Shown here: in pieces, positions 44,691 through 64,000 of the stretch | Position numbering within the stretch: position 1 is the stretch's first letter | Layout of the letters: every line of letters starts with the position of its first letter | Assembly: GCA_002269645.1 (NCBI GenBank) | Contig: NIVC01000947.1 | Location: 186,001 to 250,000, forward strand | Source: Macrostomum lignano | Lineage: Eukaryota | Direction: 5' to 3' | DNA: 64,000 bases | Translations under genes and position numbers: made by a program | Notes under the pieces: generated by a model | The model's input: the letters and a program-made list of their open reading frames with translations, nothing else | Database searches by the model: none | Told to the model about the DNA's origin: nothing

Positions 44691-45706
44691 CATTTATTGC
44701 CCTAGACACTTGGTATTAATGGGGAATATGTGATATATCTACCACTTGCCCCAGGCAAACATTTATGGTCTCAGTGTAAATTTCATTTATTTGTATCAAA
44801 AGAGCAATTGCATAGTTAAATTAACAGTTTATTTGCACTGATGCAAATAAATGAAATTTACACTGAGACTAGGGGTCCTAATCCTAGGACCCTGAGATCC
44901 CAGGATCTCTAGGATCTTAGCTTTTTGTTAGTGTTTGGGATCCTAGGATTAGGGGTCTAGGATCCTGGTAAACATGGGATTAGAGTTTACACTTTGCAGA
45001 AGTGAATATTTTTTTGTCTAGAAAAATATTCTAGACAAGAATATAGATAGGACAGTAAGACTATCAATCAACTGTATCAAGCATTAGGCCTACTAGTCAC
45101 TAGACTAAGGGGTCTGAATCTAGTCTAGACTCTAACTGTCTAAGTGGCAATGGCCTGGAACTGGGCCTATTGGCTTGGGCCCCGCTGTAGTGCACAGGCG
45201 CAGCTAAGGAAGGGAAGGGGAAAAATGGGGGTGGGGTGTAGACTGGGTTCTGAGTCTAAGTCTCTGTGTGTGTCTGTATATGTGTGGTGGTCTGTGTTAA
45301 GGGCAGAGAGAGGCACCAGTGCAGCGTATTCGGTCTTAATCCGAGGAGAGAAGGTACAGTTTAGTATGTATATACAACTAACAACTATATATAACTTCTA
45401 TAACTTCTATTTTATCAATGTAGCTCTACTTGTATAAGCTAGAAATAGAAAGTAGAAACCTAAATGATGCTCAAATTGGTTTAGAAATTGTTTTGTGGAC
45501 AATGGGAAAGCTTCCTATAAATTTGTTTGTTCAATCCCAGGATTGGCCTAGGATCCTGGGATTGGGTCAATTTTTTGTCCGGATTCCTAGGATTGTAAAA
45601 TCTCTAGGATTTGGGACCTAACTGAGACCATAGACATTTGCCCGGGGCAAGTGGGGGATACATAGTATATATTCCCATTTTTATACCAATACTAAGGCAA
45701 TAAATG
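44691..45706. mobile_element. Composite non-autonomous inverted-repeat element(s)
   Basis: Arms 44691-44774 and 45622-45706 are imperfect reverse complements. There is an inner palindrome at 44768-44870 and ctaggat/atcctag-rich subrepeats at 44870-44990 and 45530-45620. Confidence 0.5.
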
Positions 45707-46580
45707 CTTGAATGACCACTGACCAGTTTATTGACCGAGGCAAAGCCAAAGTCAATAAGTATGGCACAAAAGCATTTTTTTGCCATAGACACTTGTATAA
45801 ATGGGAAATATTTGATTTATCCATCAGTTGCCATTTATTTGCATTCAGTTCCTGTGCAAATAAATCATTTATTTGCGCTGGTATAAATAAATGAAATAAA
45901 AAATTTAACCATAGACTGCTATACCAGTGCAACTAGAGGATATATATGTATCCAGTGTCATGCTCAGGTGACCTGATGATGTCTAAGTATATCTCTGTTG
46001 GAGATCACAAAACTCTTCTACAGCGTCCATCATGATGTCATCATCCAATTGGAAATGTTCTCAAGTGATTTTCCATTTAACAGTGCAAGATATGGGGAGT
46101 ATAGAGAGGGTGGAGAAGCAATTTAAAACCACATTTGTCAATAGTTGCTATCACAATCACCAACTTGTCTAGCACCCACCAAGTAGTCACTTTCTTCATC
46201 AGCAATTGCTGTATGATGGTGGCATGAATTCAGTCTTGCAGCATTACAGGAACAATTTTCTGACAAAAGCTCTGTAGATTCTCTTTAATCGAGCCAGTGT
46301 GCTTGAAATTGTATTTTTGGGCTCTCAATATATATTGGGATTGACTGGCTACAACATACATGCGCAACACCCAGCCAAGCCAGCCAATATGGCCATAGAT
46401 GTTGTACTAATTAGATGACGAGGCATTTAACCCTCATAATACAGTTAAAGTTACTCCTGCCGTCTACCCTGAATTACGTTGATTTTTCTTAGGTTTCTTT
46501 CATACATAAGTCTCATTTTTGGTTAAAATGTTGCACGGCCAGTGTAAATCAGTAAATAATCAATTAATTTGCAGTCAGCA

Positions 46581-48937
46581 ATGTCAGATGATGACCAGGA
46601 GAGGCAGCATTTCCGCAAAATATTGGCCGCATTTCGGCACTACAGGCGGTATGGACTGCAGCAGGTGGCTGACAAGCTGGCCCAATACAATGGCCTGCCA
46701 GAGAGGCACAAACGGCTTATGGGCGGCAATTCTGGTGTGCCCGAGCACTTGGCCCGGGTTAGAGCGTCTATTGAGCATAATGCCGAAATGATTAACCTGT
46801 TCATTGCCGATGCCAATTCTATCTTCGATGGGGGTGAGTCAGTTTTCGCGGTTTTTGCACGATTTTATACTACTGTAAGTAGTTCAGGTCTTGATTTGTG
46901 ATTTAATTCATTGTGTTATCCTTCAAAATTGTAATTCGCTCCAGTCCAGTCTCAATCTCACTGCTCAATCTGACTCAGTCTCACCCCAGTCTCACCATCT
47001 CACTGCTCAGTCAGTGACTCAGTCTCACCCCAGTCTCCATCTCACTGCTCAGTCAGTGACTCAGTCTCACCCCAGCCTCACCATCTCACTGCTCAATCAG
47101 TGACTCAGTCTCACCCCAGCCTCACTATCTCACTGCTCAATCTGACTCAGTCTCACCCCAGCCTCACTATCTCACTGCTCAATCTGACTCAGTCTCACCC
47201 CAGCCTCACTATCTCACTGCTCAATCTGACTCAGTCTCACCCCAGTCTCACCATCTCACTGCTCAGTCAGTGACTCAGTCTCACCCCAGCCTCACCATCT
47301 CACTGCTCAATCAGTGACTCAGTCTCACCCTAGTCTCACCATCTCACTGCTCAATCAGTGACTCAGTCTCACCATCTCACTGCTCAATCAGTGACTCAGT
47401 CTCACCCCAGCCTTACCATCTCACTGCTCAGTCAGTGACTCAGTCTCACCCCAGCCTCACTATCTCACTGCTCAGTCAGTGACTCAGTCTCACTCCAGTC
47501 TCACCATCTCACTGCTCAGTCTCACCCAGTCTCACCATCTCACTCAAACTCGCAAATCTCGCCGCAGACTCGCCGCTGTCCCCATGCGCTGGCAGCGAGG
47601 GCAGTTCCTCGGTGCAGCACCAGCAGCTGCAGGTGACCTCAAACGACATGGACAAAGTCCGCAGCACCATCAAGCAGTTTGCCCGCGACTGGTCATTAGA
47701 CGGCGCCAATGAGAGAGCTCTATGCTACGAACCCATGCTCAGAGAGATCGATCGATTATTTTCAGCTGAAAATTGCCCGGATAGGTCCGAGGTTCGAGTC
47801 CTGGTGCCGGGCGCCGGACTAGGTCGATTGGCCTGGGAAGTGGCCAGATTAGGATTCAGTTGCCAGGGCAACGAGTGGAGCTTGTATATGCTGTTCTGCA
47901 GCTACTTTGTTATTAACAGGTGAGAAAAGTAGAAAAATCGCTTTTAGTTTTGTGTTTTTACAGTGCTTTTACAGGTAGAATTGTGTTGCTAAGGAGGTTT
48001 TACAGGTAGAATTGAGTTGCTAAGGCGGTTTTTCAAGTATAATTGTGTTGCTAAGGGAGGTTTTTCAGATAGAATTGTGTTGCTAAGGGAGGTTTTTCAG
48101 GTAGAATTGTGTTGCTAAGGCGGTTTTTTAGGTAGAATTAAGTTGCTAAGGCGGTTTTTCAGGTAGAATTGTGTTGCTAAGGGAGGTTTTTCAGATAGAA
48201 TTGTGTTGCTAAGGGAGGTTTTTCAGGTAGAATTGTGTTGCTAAGGCGGTTTTTCAATTAGAATTGTGTTGCTAAGGCGGTTTTTTAGGTAGAATTGTGT
48301 TGCTAAGGGAGGTTTTTCAGATAGAATTGTGTTGCTAAGGTTTTTCAGGTAGAATTATGTTGCTAGGGTGATTTGACAGCTGTTGCTTAGGCATTTAATT
48401 TATTCAAACACTCGTAGGTGCTCGGAGCCCAACTGCTTTACCCTGTACCCCTGGGTGCACCAGTTCTGCAACAACTGGTCCTGGGCAGACCAGCTCCGGC
48501 CAATCACCTTCCCCGACGTGTCGCCGGCGGATCTGCCGAAATCCGGCAGTTTCTCCATGGCCGCTGGCGATTTCTTAGAAATCTACACGGAGCCGGAGGC
48601 GTGGGACTGCGTAGCAACGGTGTTCTTCATCGATACTGCGCACAACATTGCGGCCTATGTGGAGACCATTGGCAGAATTTTAAAGCCGGGCGGCTACTGG
48701 ATCAACCTGGGCCCCCTGCTGTATCATTTTGCCGATGTGCCCGGGGAGGCCAGCATCGAGCTGGACTATGCCACACTGCGCCAGCTGGTGCTGGGTTCCG
48801 GGTTCGAGTTGCTAACGGAGAATACAGATATTCGATGCGGCTACACACAGAACGAGGCCAGCATGCTTCGGTATGAGTACAGGTGCGCTTACTTTGTTGC
48901 TAGGAAACCGCTTCGCTGTGGCCATGATGCAGAATGA
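46581..48937 (+). CDS. CARNMT1: Carnosine N-methyltransferase (N2227-like/C9orf41 homolog); exons 46581-46833, 47568-47919, 48418-48937
   Basis: [32 protein letters not shown]...[52 protein letters not shown] introns with matching phases (1 and 2). Confidence 0.95.
46947..47545. repeat. Intronic minisatellite, ~40-bp unit
   Basis: (agtgactcagtctcaccccagcctcaccatctcactgctcaatc)n fills CARNMT1 intron 1. Confidence 0.95.
47969..48367. repeat. Intronic minisatellite, ~31-bp unit
   Basis: (aggtagaattgtgttgctaaggcggtttttc)n fills CARNMT1 intron 2. Confidence 0.95.
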
Positions 48938-49033
48938 AATCATTTCTTAGAAATAATCGTTTTCAAGGCTCGAGGTTTGTCTTAAGCTGATAGCGTAAAA
49001 TATTTTTAAGAAACTGAGAGGCTCTCCTCTTTT

Positions 49034-49471
49034 TACGAGGGGTGTTTCAAAAGTAAGGAAAATTTTGTTATAACTTTCGATTTATTGAACTTATGAACCT
49101 GAAATCTTTACCCAACAATTTGACAGGTATGAACAACTAATAGCTTTATTTTAAGTCTTATATAGCTATGCGCAGCTGTGTAATCGTTAATGAAGTCCAC
49201 GTCTCGAGATTGAAGATTACGAGTTTTGTCTATGGCAAAAAAATACTCAAAATGATGTGGCCATAGAATATTCCTCGCTGAAATCGCTGAAAAAATATGC
49301 CATAGACAAAAATCGTAATTTTAAATGTTGAGGTATGGACTTTCATTTAGGATTACACAGCTGCGTATAAAAGGCTTAAAATAAAGCTATTAGTTGCCCA
49401 GTTGTGTAAAAATTGTTAGGTTGAAAATTTCAGGTTCAAACGTTCATTAGATCAAAAGTTATAACAAAATT
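49034..49471. mobile_element. Fold-back/MITE-like palindrome with a mariner-like TIR remnant at its left
   Basis: Arms of ~190 bp (49061-~49250 versus ~49290-49471) are imperfect reverse complements. tacgaggggtgtttcaaaagt at 49034 resembles a mariner TIR, but no right-hand copy was seen. Confidence 0.55.
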
Positions 49472-49956
49472 CAAAATATAACAAAGCGTGTGTGTATGAA
49501 CACATGTGTGTTTTGAGTCCATAGGGCCTGTGTTCAATAGAATGTTGAGCCGATAGAACCTCCTGTATCGATTTGGTGTACCATTCGCTAAGCTGAAGTC
49601 AGTCAGTCATTTAATTATAGAAGTACTTGATAACCTTGCTTTTAAATTGTTTGTCTTGCTGCCAAAATAGTTTAAAAATTTATTTATTATTGTCCTAATT
49701 TCAGTGTTATGTGTTATTTAAGAGTTTGCTCATTAACAATGTCCGCAAAGCTTACTATTAGTAGTAGCCAGTAGTATTTTAATTAGTAAAGTTTTTACAT
49801 TATCAAATAAATTTGGCGTAAGCATAATCACAATCATTCATCGATTTTTTCAAATAATTTTGATTCCTCATTAAGTCTGTTTTTAGTTTAGTCAGTTTCC
49901 ATTTTTATTTTTTAGATTTGTTTCCATTAAGAGGCCACAGTACTTGATCTTGGTGT

Positions 49957-50410
49957 TCAGAATCTCATTCCTGAGTCATGAGGGTTTAGAGTCTCATTCC
50001 TGAGTGAGTCATGAGGGTTCAGAATCTCATTCCTGAGTCATGAGGGTTTAGAGTCTCATTCCTGAGTGAGTCATGAGGGTTCAGAATCTCATTCCTGAGT
50101 GAGTCATGAGGGTTCAGAATCTCATTCCTGAGTCATGAGGGTTCAGAATCTCATTTCTGAGTGAGTCATGAGGGTTCAGAATCTCATTCCTGAGTCATGA
50201 GGGTTCAGAATCTCATTCCTGAGTTATGAGGGTTCATAATCTCATTCCTGAGTCATGAGGGTTCAGAATCTCAGTCCTGAGTTATGAGGGTTCAGAATCT
50301 CATTCCTGAGTTATGAGGGTTCAGAATCTCATTCCTGAGTCATGAGGGTTCAGAATCTCATTCCTGAGTCATGAGGGTTCAGAATCTCATTCCTGAGTGA
50401 GTCATGAGAG
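49957..50410. repeat. Minisatellite, 29/33-bp unit
   Basis: (ttcagaatctcattcctga[gtga]gtcatgaggg)n. Confidence 0.95.
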
Positions 50411-51159
50411 TCCGAGATTTCACTTCAGAGCAATCAAAGAACGAAAGCTTGGGGAAATTTCAGCGAATTAATTGGCTTTCATCATCAGCTGAGTTGACAC
50501 GGTGAAAGCTTTTATTTGTCATCAAAGTTCAATTGTAGCATTGGGTGAACAAAGGAAAAAAACATATTTTAGAGCTGTTTGTCTTCTAATGAGCGCAAGA
50601 TTTTTTACTTTAATCTGTCATTAGTTACTATTGCTGACAAGTTGGTAATATATAGTCTATTTTGCATAGACAGACTTATTGAATAGTGCAAAAAAAGTGC
50701 TAACAAGGGGCAAGTGGTGCACTACTATATGAGATTGCGTGGCACTACGTAAACAAAGAAAGATTAGAAAAAGCTTCGAACAAGTTATTTACAGAAAATG
50801 AATTGCAAACAAAAATTTTTAACAGATAAATCAGCTTTCTAAAATTAGTAGAGAATAGAAACTAAATGTTGATTAGAAACACGACTGCACTTTGAGCAAT
50901 ACTTTGAGAGACTTTCGTTTGAAAAGAAATTATTTGTACAAATACACTGTTAGTTAGTATTTTTGTTTGTGTACATCCACGTCAAGTTTAGGTTGAGAAA
51001 TCGAACCATCAAGATCGAGCATTGCGAGGGTAACAAATTAACAGTTTTCAGGGTTTTTTTACATATTTTCAAAATCAGACATCAATATTCTTATGTAGCC
51101 TACTGTTCAGTCAGTTTTTCAGTAGCATAGTTTGCACATAGTTTTTTGAACCAAAAATG

Positions 51160-60713
<9,554 letters not shown>

Positions 60714-60986
60714 GACTGGGTTAAACCTAAACCTAACTTGATCTGTTCCAACTGGCAGGCTGGAGCACAAGCGGTTATTCGCACCTGTTTTTCTAACCGA
60801 ATTTAATCCCGGGTCTTTGGAATTCGATTGGCTCACGACTTTGCGGGCAAGGATTTTTGGGGGGTATTTTTGCCCCTGCGTTCGTTTGAGAAAATCCAAG
60901 GAAGGAACTTCTACATCTTTCCTATTGGCTGGCTCTCTTAAGAGGGGGAGGGGGTTGCTTCAGATCTCATTGTGATGCAAATATGG

Positions 60987-63633
60987 CCTCAGATCCTTCA
61001 GTAGATGGCGCTACCCTCCTCAGATCCTTCAGTAGATGGCGCTGCCCTCCTCAGATCCTTCAGTAGATGGCGCTGCCCTCAGATCCTTCAGTAGATGGCG
61101 CTGCCCTCCTCAGATCCTTCAGTAGATGGCGCTACCCTCCTCAGATTCTTCAGTAGATGGCGCTGCCCTCCTCAGATCCTTCAGTAGATGGCGCTACCCT
61201 CCTCAGATTCTTCAGTAGATGGCGCTGCCCTCCTCAGATCCTTCAGTAGATGGCGCTACCCTCCTCAGATTCTTCAGTAGATGGCGCTGCCCTCCTCAGA
61301 TCCTTCAGTAGATGGCGCTACCCTCCTCAGATTCTTCAGTAGATGGCGCTGCCCTCCTCAGATCCTTCAGTAGATGGCGCTGCCCTCAGATCCTTCAGTA
61401 GATAGCGCTGCCCTCCTCAGATCCTTCAGCAGATGGCGCTGCCCTCCTCAGATCCTTCAGTAGATGGCGCTGCCCTCCTCAGATCCTTCAGCAGATGGCG
61501 CTGCCCTCCTCAGATCCTTCAGTAGATGGCGCTGCCCTCCTCAGATTCTTCAGTAGATGGCGCTGCCCTCCTCAGATTCTTCAGTAGATAGCGCTGCCCT
61601 CCTCAGATCCTTCAGTAGATGGCGCTGACCTCCTCAGATTCTTCAGTAGATGGCGCTGCCCTCCTCAGATTCTTCAGTAGATGGCGCTGACCTCCTCAGA
61701 TTCTTCAGTAGATGGCGCTGCCCTCCTCAGATTCTTCAGTAGATGGCGCTGCCCTCCTCAGATTCTTCAGTAGATGGCGCTGCCCTCCTCAGATCCTTCA
61801 GTAGATGGCGCTGCCCTCAGATCCTTCAGTAGATGGCGCTGCCCTCCTCAGATCCTTCAGTAGATGGCGCTGCCCTCCTCAGATCCTTCAGTAGATGGCG
61901 CTGCCCTCCTCAGATCCTTCAGTAGATGGCGCTACCCTCCTCAGATCCTTCAGTAGATGGCGCTGCCCTCCTCAGATCCTTCAGTAGATGGCGCTGCCCT
62001 CCTCAGATTCTTCAGTAGATGGCGCTGCCCTCCTCAGATCCTTCAGTAGATGGCGCTACCCTCCTCAGATCCTTCAGTAGATGGCGCTACCCTCCTCAGA
62101 TCCTTCAGTAGATGGCGCTACCCTCCTCAGATCCTTCAGTAGATGGCGCTGCCCTCCTCAGATCCTTCAGTAGATGGCGCTACCCTCCTCAGATCCTTCA
62201 GTAGATGGCGCTGCCCTCCTCAGATCCTTCAGTAGATGGCGCTACCCTCCTCAGATTCTTCAGTAGATGGCGCTACCCTCCTCAGATCCTTCAGTAGATG
62301 GCGCTACCCTCCTCAGATCCTTCAGTAGATGGCGCTACCCTCCTCAGATCCTTCAGTAGATGGCCCTACCCTCCTCAGATCCTTCAGTAGATGGCGCTGC
62401 CCTCCTCAGATCCTTCAGTAGATGGCGCTGCCCTCCTCAGATCCTTCAGTAGATGGCGCTGCCCTCCTCAGATCCTTCAGTAGATGGCGCTGCCCTCCTC
62501 AGATCCTTCAGTAGACGGCGCTGCCCTCCTCAGATCCTTCAGTAGATGGCGCTGCCCTCCTCAGATCCTTCAGTAGATGGCGCTGCCCTCCTCAGATCCT
62601 TCAGTAGATGGCGCTGCCCTCCTCAGATCCTTCAGTAGATGGCGGTGCCCTCCTCAGATCCTTCAGTAGATGGCGCTGCCCTCCTCAGATCCTTCAGTAG
62701 ATGGCGCTGCCCTCCTCAGATCCTTCAGTAGATGGCGCTACCCTCCTCAGATCCTTCAGTAGATGGCGCTGCCCTCCTCAGATCCTTCAGTAGATGACGC
62801 TGCCCTCCTCAGATCCTTCAGTAGATGGCGCTGCCCTCCTCAGATCCTTCAGTAGATGGCGCTGCCCTCCTCAGATCCTTCAGTAGATGGCGCTGCCCTC
62901 CTCAGATCCTTCAGTAGACGGCGCTGCCCTCCTCAGATTCTTCAGTAGATGGCGCTGCCCTCCTCAGATCCTTCAGTAGATGGCGCTGCCCTCCTCAGAT
63001 CCTTCAGTAGATGGCGCTGCCCTCCTCAGATCCTTCAGTAGATAGCGCTGCCCTCCTCAGATCCTTCAGTAGATGGCGCTGCCCTCCTCAGATCCTTCAG
63101 TAGATGGCGGTGCCCTCCTCAGATCCTTCAGTAGATGGCGCTGCCCTCCTCAGATCCTTCAGTAGATGGCGCTGCCCTCCTCAGATCCTTCAGTAGATAG
63201 CGCTGCCCTCCTCAGATCCTTCAGTAGATGGCGGTGCCCTCCTCAGATCCTTCAGTAGATGGCGCTGCCCTCCTCAGATCCTTCAGTAGATGGCGCTGCC
63301 CTCCTCAGATCCTTCAGTAGATGACGCTGCCCTCCTCAGATCCTTCAGTAGATGGCGCTGCCCTCCTCAGATCCTTCAGTAGATGGCGCTGCCCTCCTCA
63401 GATCCTTCAGTAGATGGCGCTGCCCTCCTCAGATCCTTCAGTAGATGACGCTGCCCTCCTCAGATCCTTCAGTAGATGGCGCTGCCCTCCTCAGATCCTT
63501 CAGTAGATAGCGCTGCCCTCCTCAGATCCTTCAGTAGATGGCGCTGCCCTCCTCAGATCATTCAGTAGATGGCGGTACCCTCCTCAGACCCTTCAGTAGA
63601 TGGCGCTGCCCTCCTCAGATCCTTCAGTAGATG
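60987..63633. repeat. 31-bp satellite, ~85 copies
   Basis: (cagatccttcagtagatggcgctgccctcct)n, highly homogeneous, with occasional 28-bp units. Confidence 0.98.
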
Positions 63634-63759
63634 TTCCTACCTTCTTCATTAGCTTCAGTGCTGCCATCCTAAATTATTTTTAATTAGTGAAATAATTGCA
63701 TATATCTGCTAACCAGCTTTCGATATAAATTCTCTTCTTTTTCAGCCAATCGATAAATT

Positions 63760-64000
63760 ATGAAAGAAGTTGAACCCGGCAACTTCCTCTCGAGCCTGTA
63801 CTTCAAGTACATCGTGGAAACTTCAATCTACATGCTGGAGCCCTGGGAACGGAAAGTGTTCAACATAGCCATGGTGCTGATTCTGGTCATGTCGCTGTAC
63901 ACTGGCTGGGTGTTCCTGCCGCACCACACCGTGATCCAGCACTCCCTGGGTCTGCTGGCCTCCCTGTTCAACGGCTCCTCTGAGGGAGATCTGCAGACCG
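63760..64000 (+). CDS. SPTSSA: Serine palmitoyltransferase small subunit (SPTSSA/B-like), runs off the window end
   Basis: MKEVEPGNFLSSLYFKYIVETSIYMLEPWERKVFNIAMVLILVMSLYTGWVFLPHH contains the family signature YMLEPWER.VFN...YTGY/WVF.P.H. An acceptor-like tttttcag lies 15 bp upstream of the ATG. Confidence 0.9.
   Translation, partial: MKEVEPGNFLSSLYFKYIVETSIYMLEPWERKVFNIAMVLILVMSLYTGWVFLPHHTVIQHSLGLLASLFNGSSEGDLQT

Overview
Eukaryotic metazoan genomic DNA. The GC-rich coding exons, polyQ tracts and minisatellite-filled introns suggest a flatworm such as Macrostomum, but this is inference only. The window has two halves. (1) About 1-43.3 kb is a nested, rearranged transposon/endogenous-virus field. 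It holds three Ty3/Gypsy remnants with non-env accessory ORFs after pol, and Polinton/Maverick pieces (minor capsid end, adenoviral-type protease, major capsid N-half, pPolB fragment). It also holds a decayed D5-like helicase with two adjacent inverted repeats, an intronless RING gene, a PHD-FLYWCH-MULE transposon interrupted by mariner and Gypsy RNase H fragments, and a TSD-flanked LINE (APE-RT-RNase H). It ends in a head-to-tail stack of five ~1-1.3 kb LTR-like units (37.8-43.3 kb). Their U3-like halves are unrelated, but they share a ~450 bp structured core containing a tRNA-Leu-like module with a Pol III A-box. (2) About 43.3-64 kb is host gene territory: MITE-like elements, a 3-exon carnosine N-methyltransferase gene (+), a 5-exon highly divergent p53-family gene (-) with apparently swapped zinc ligands, a 2.6 kb 31-bp satellite carrying a CTCF/YY1-like motif, and the start of a serine palmitoyltransferase small subunit gene (+). 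All protein assignments are from motif recognition by eye. No searches were run.
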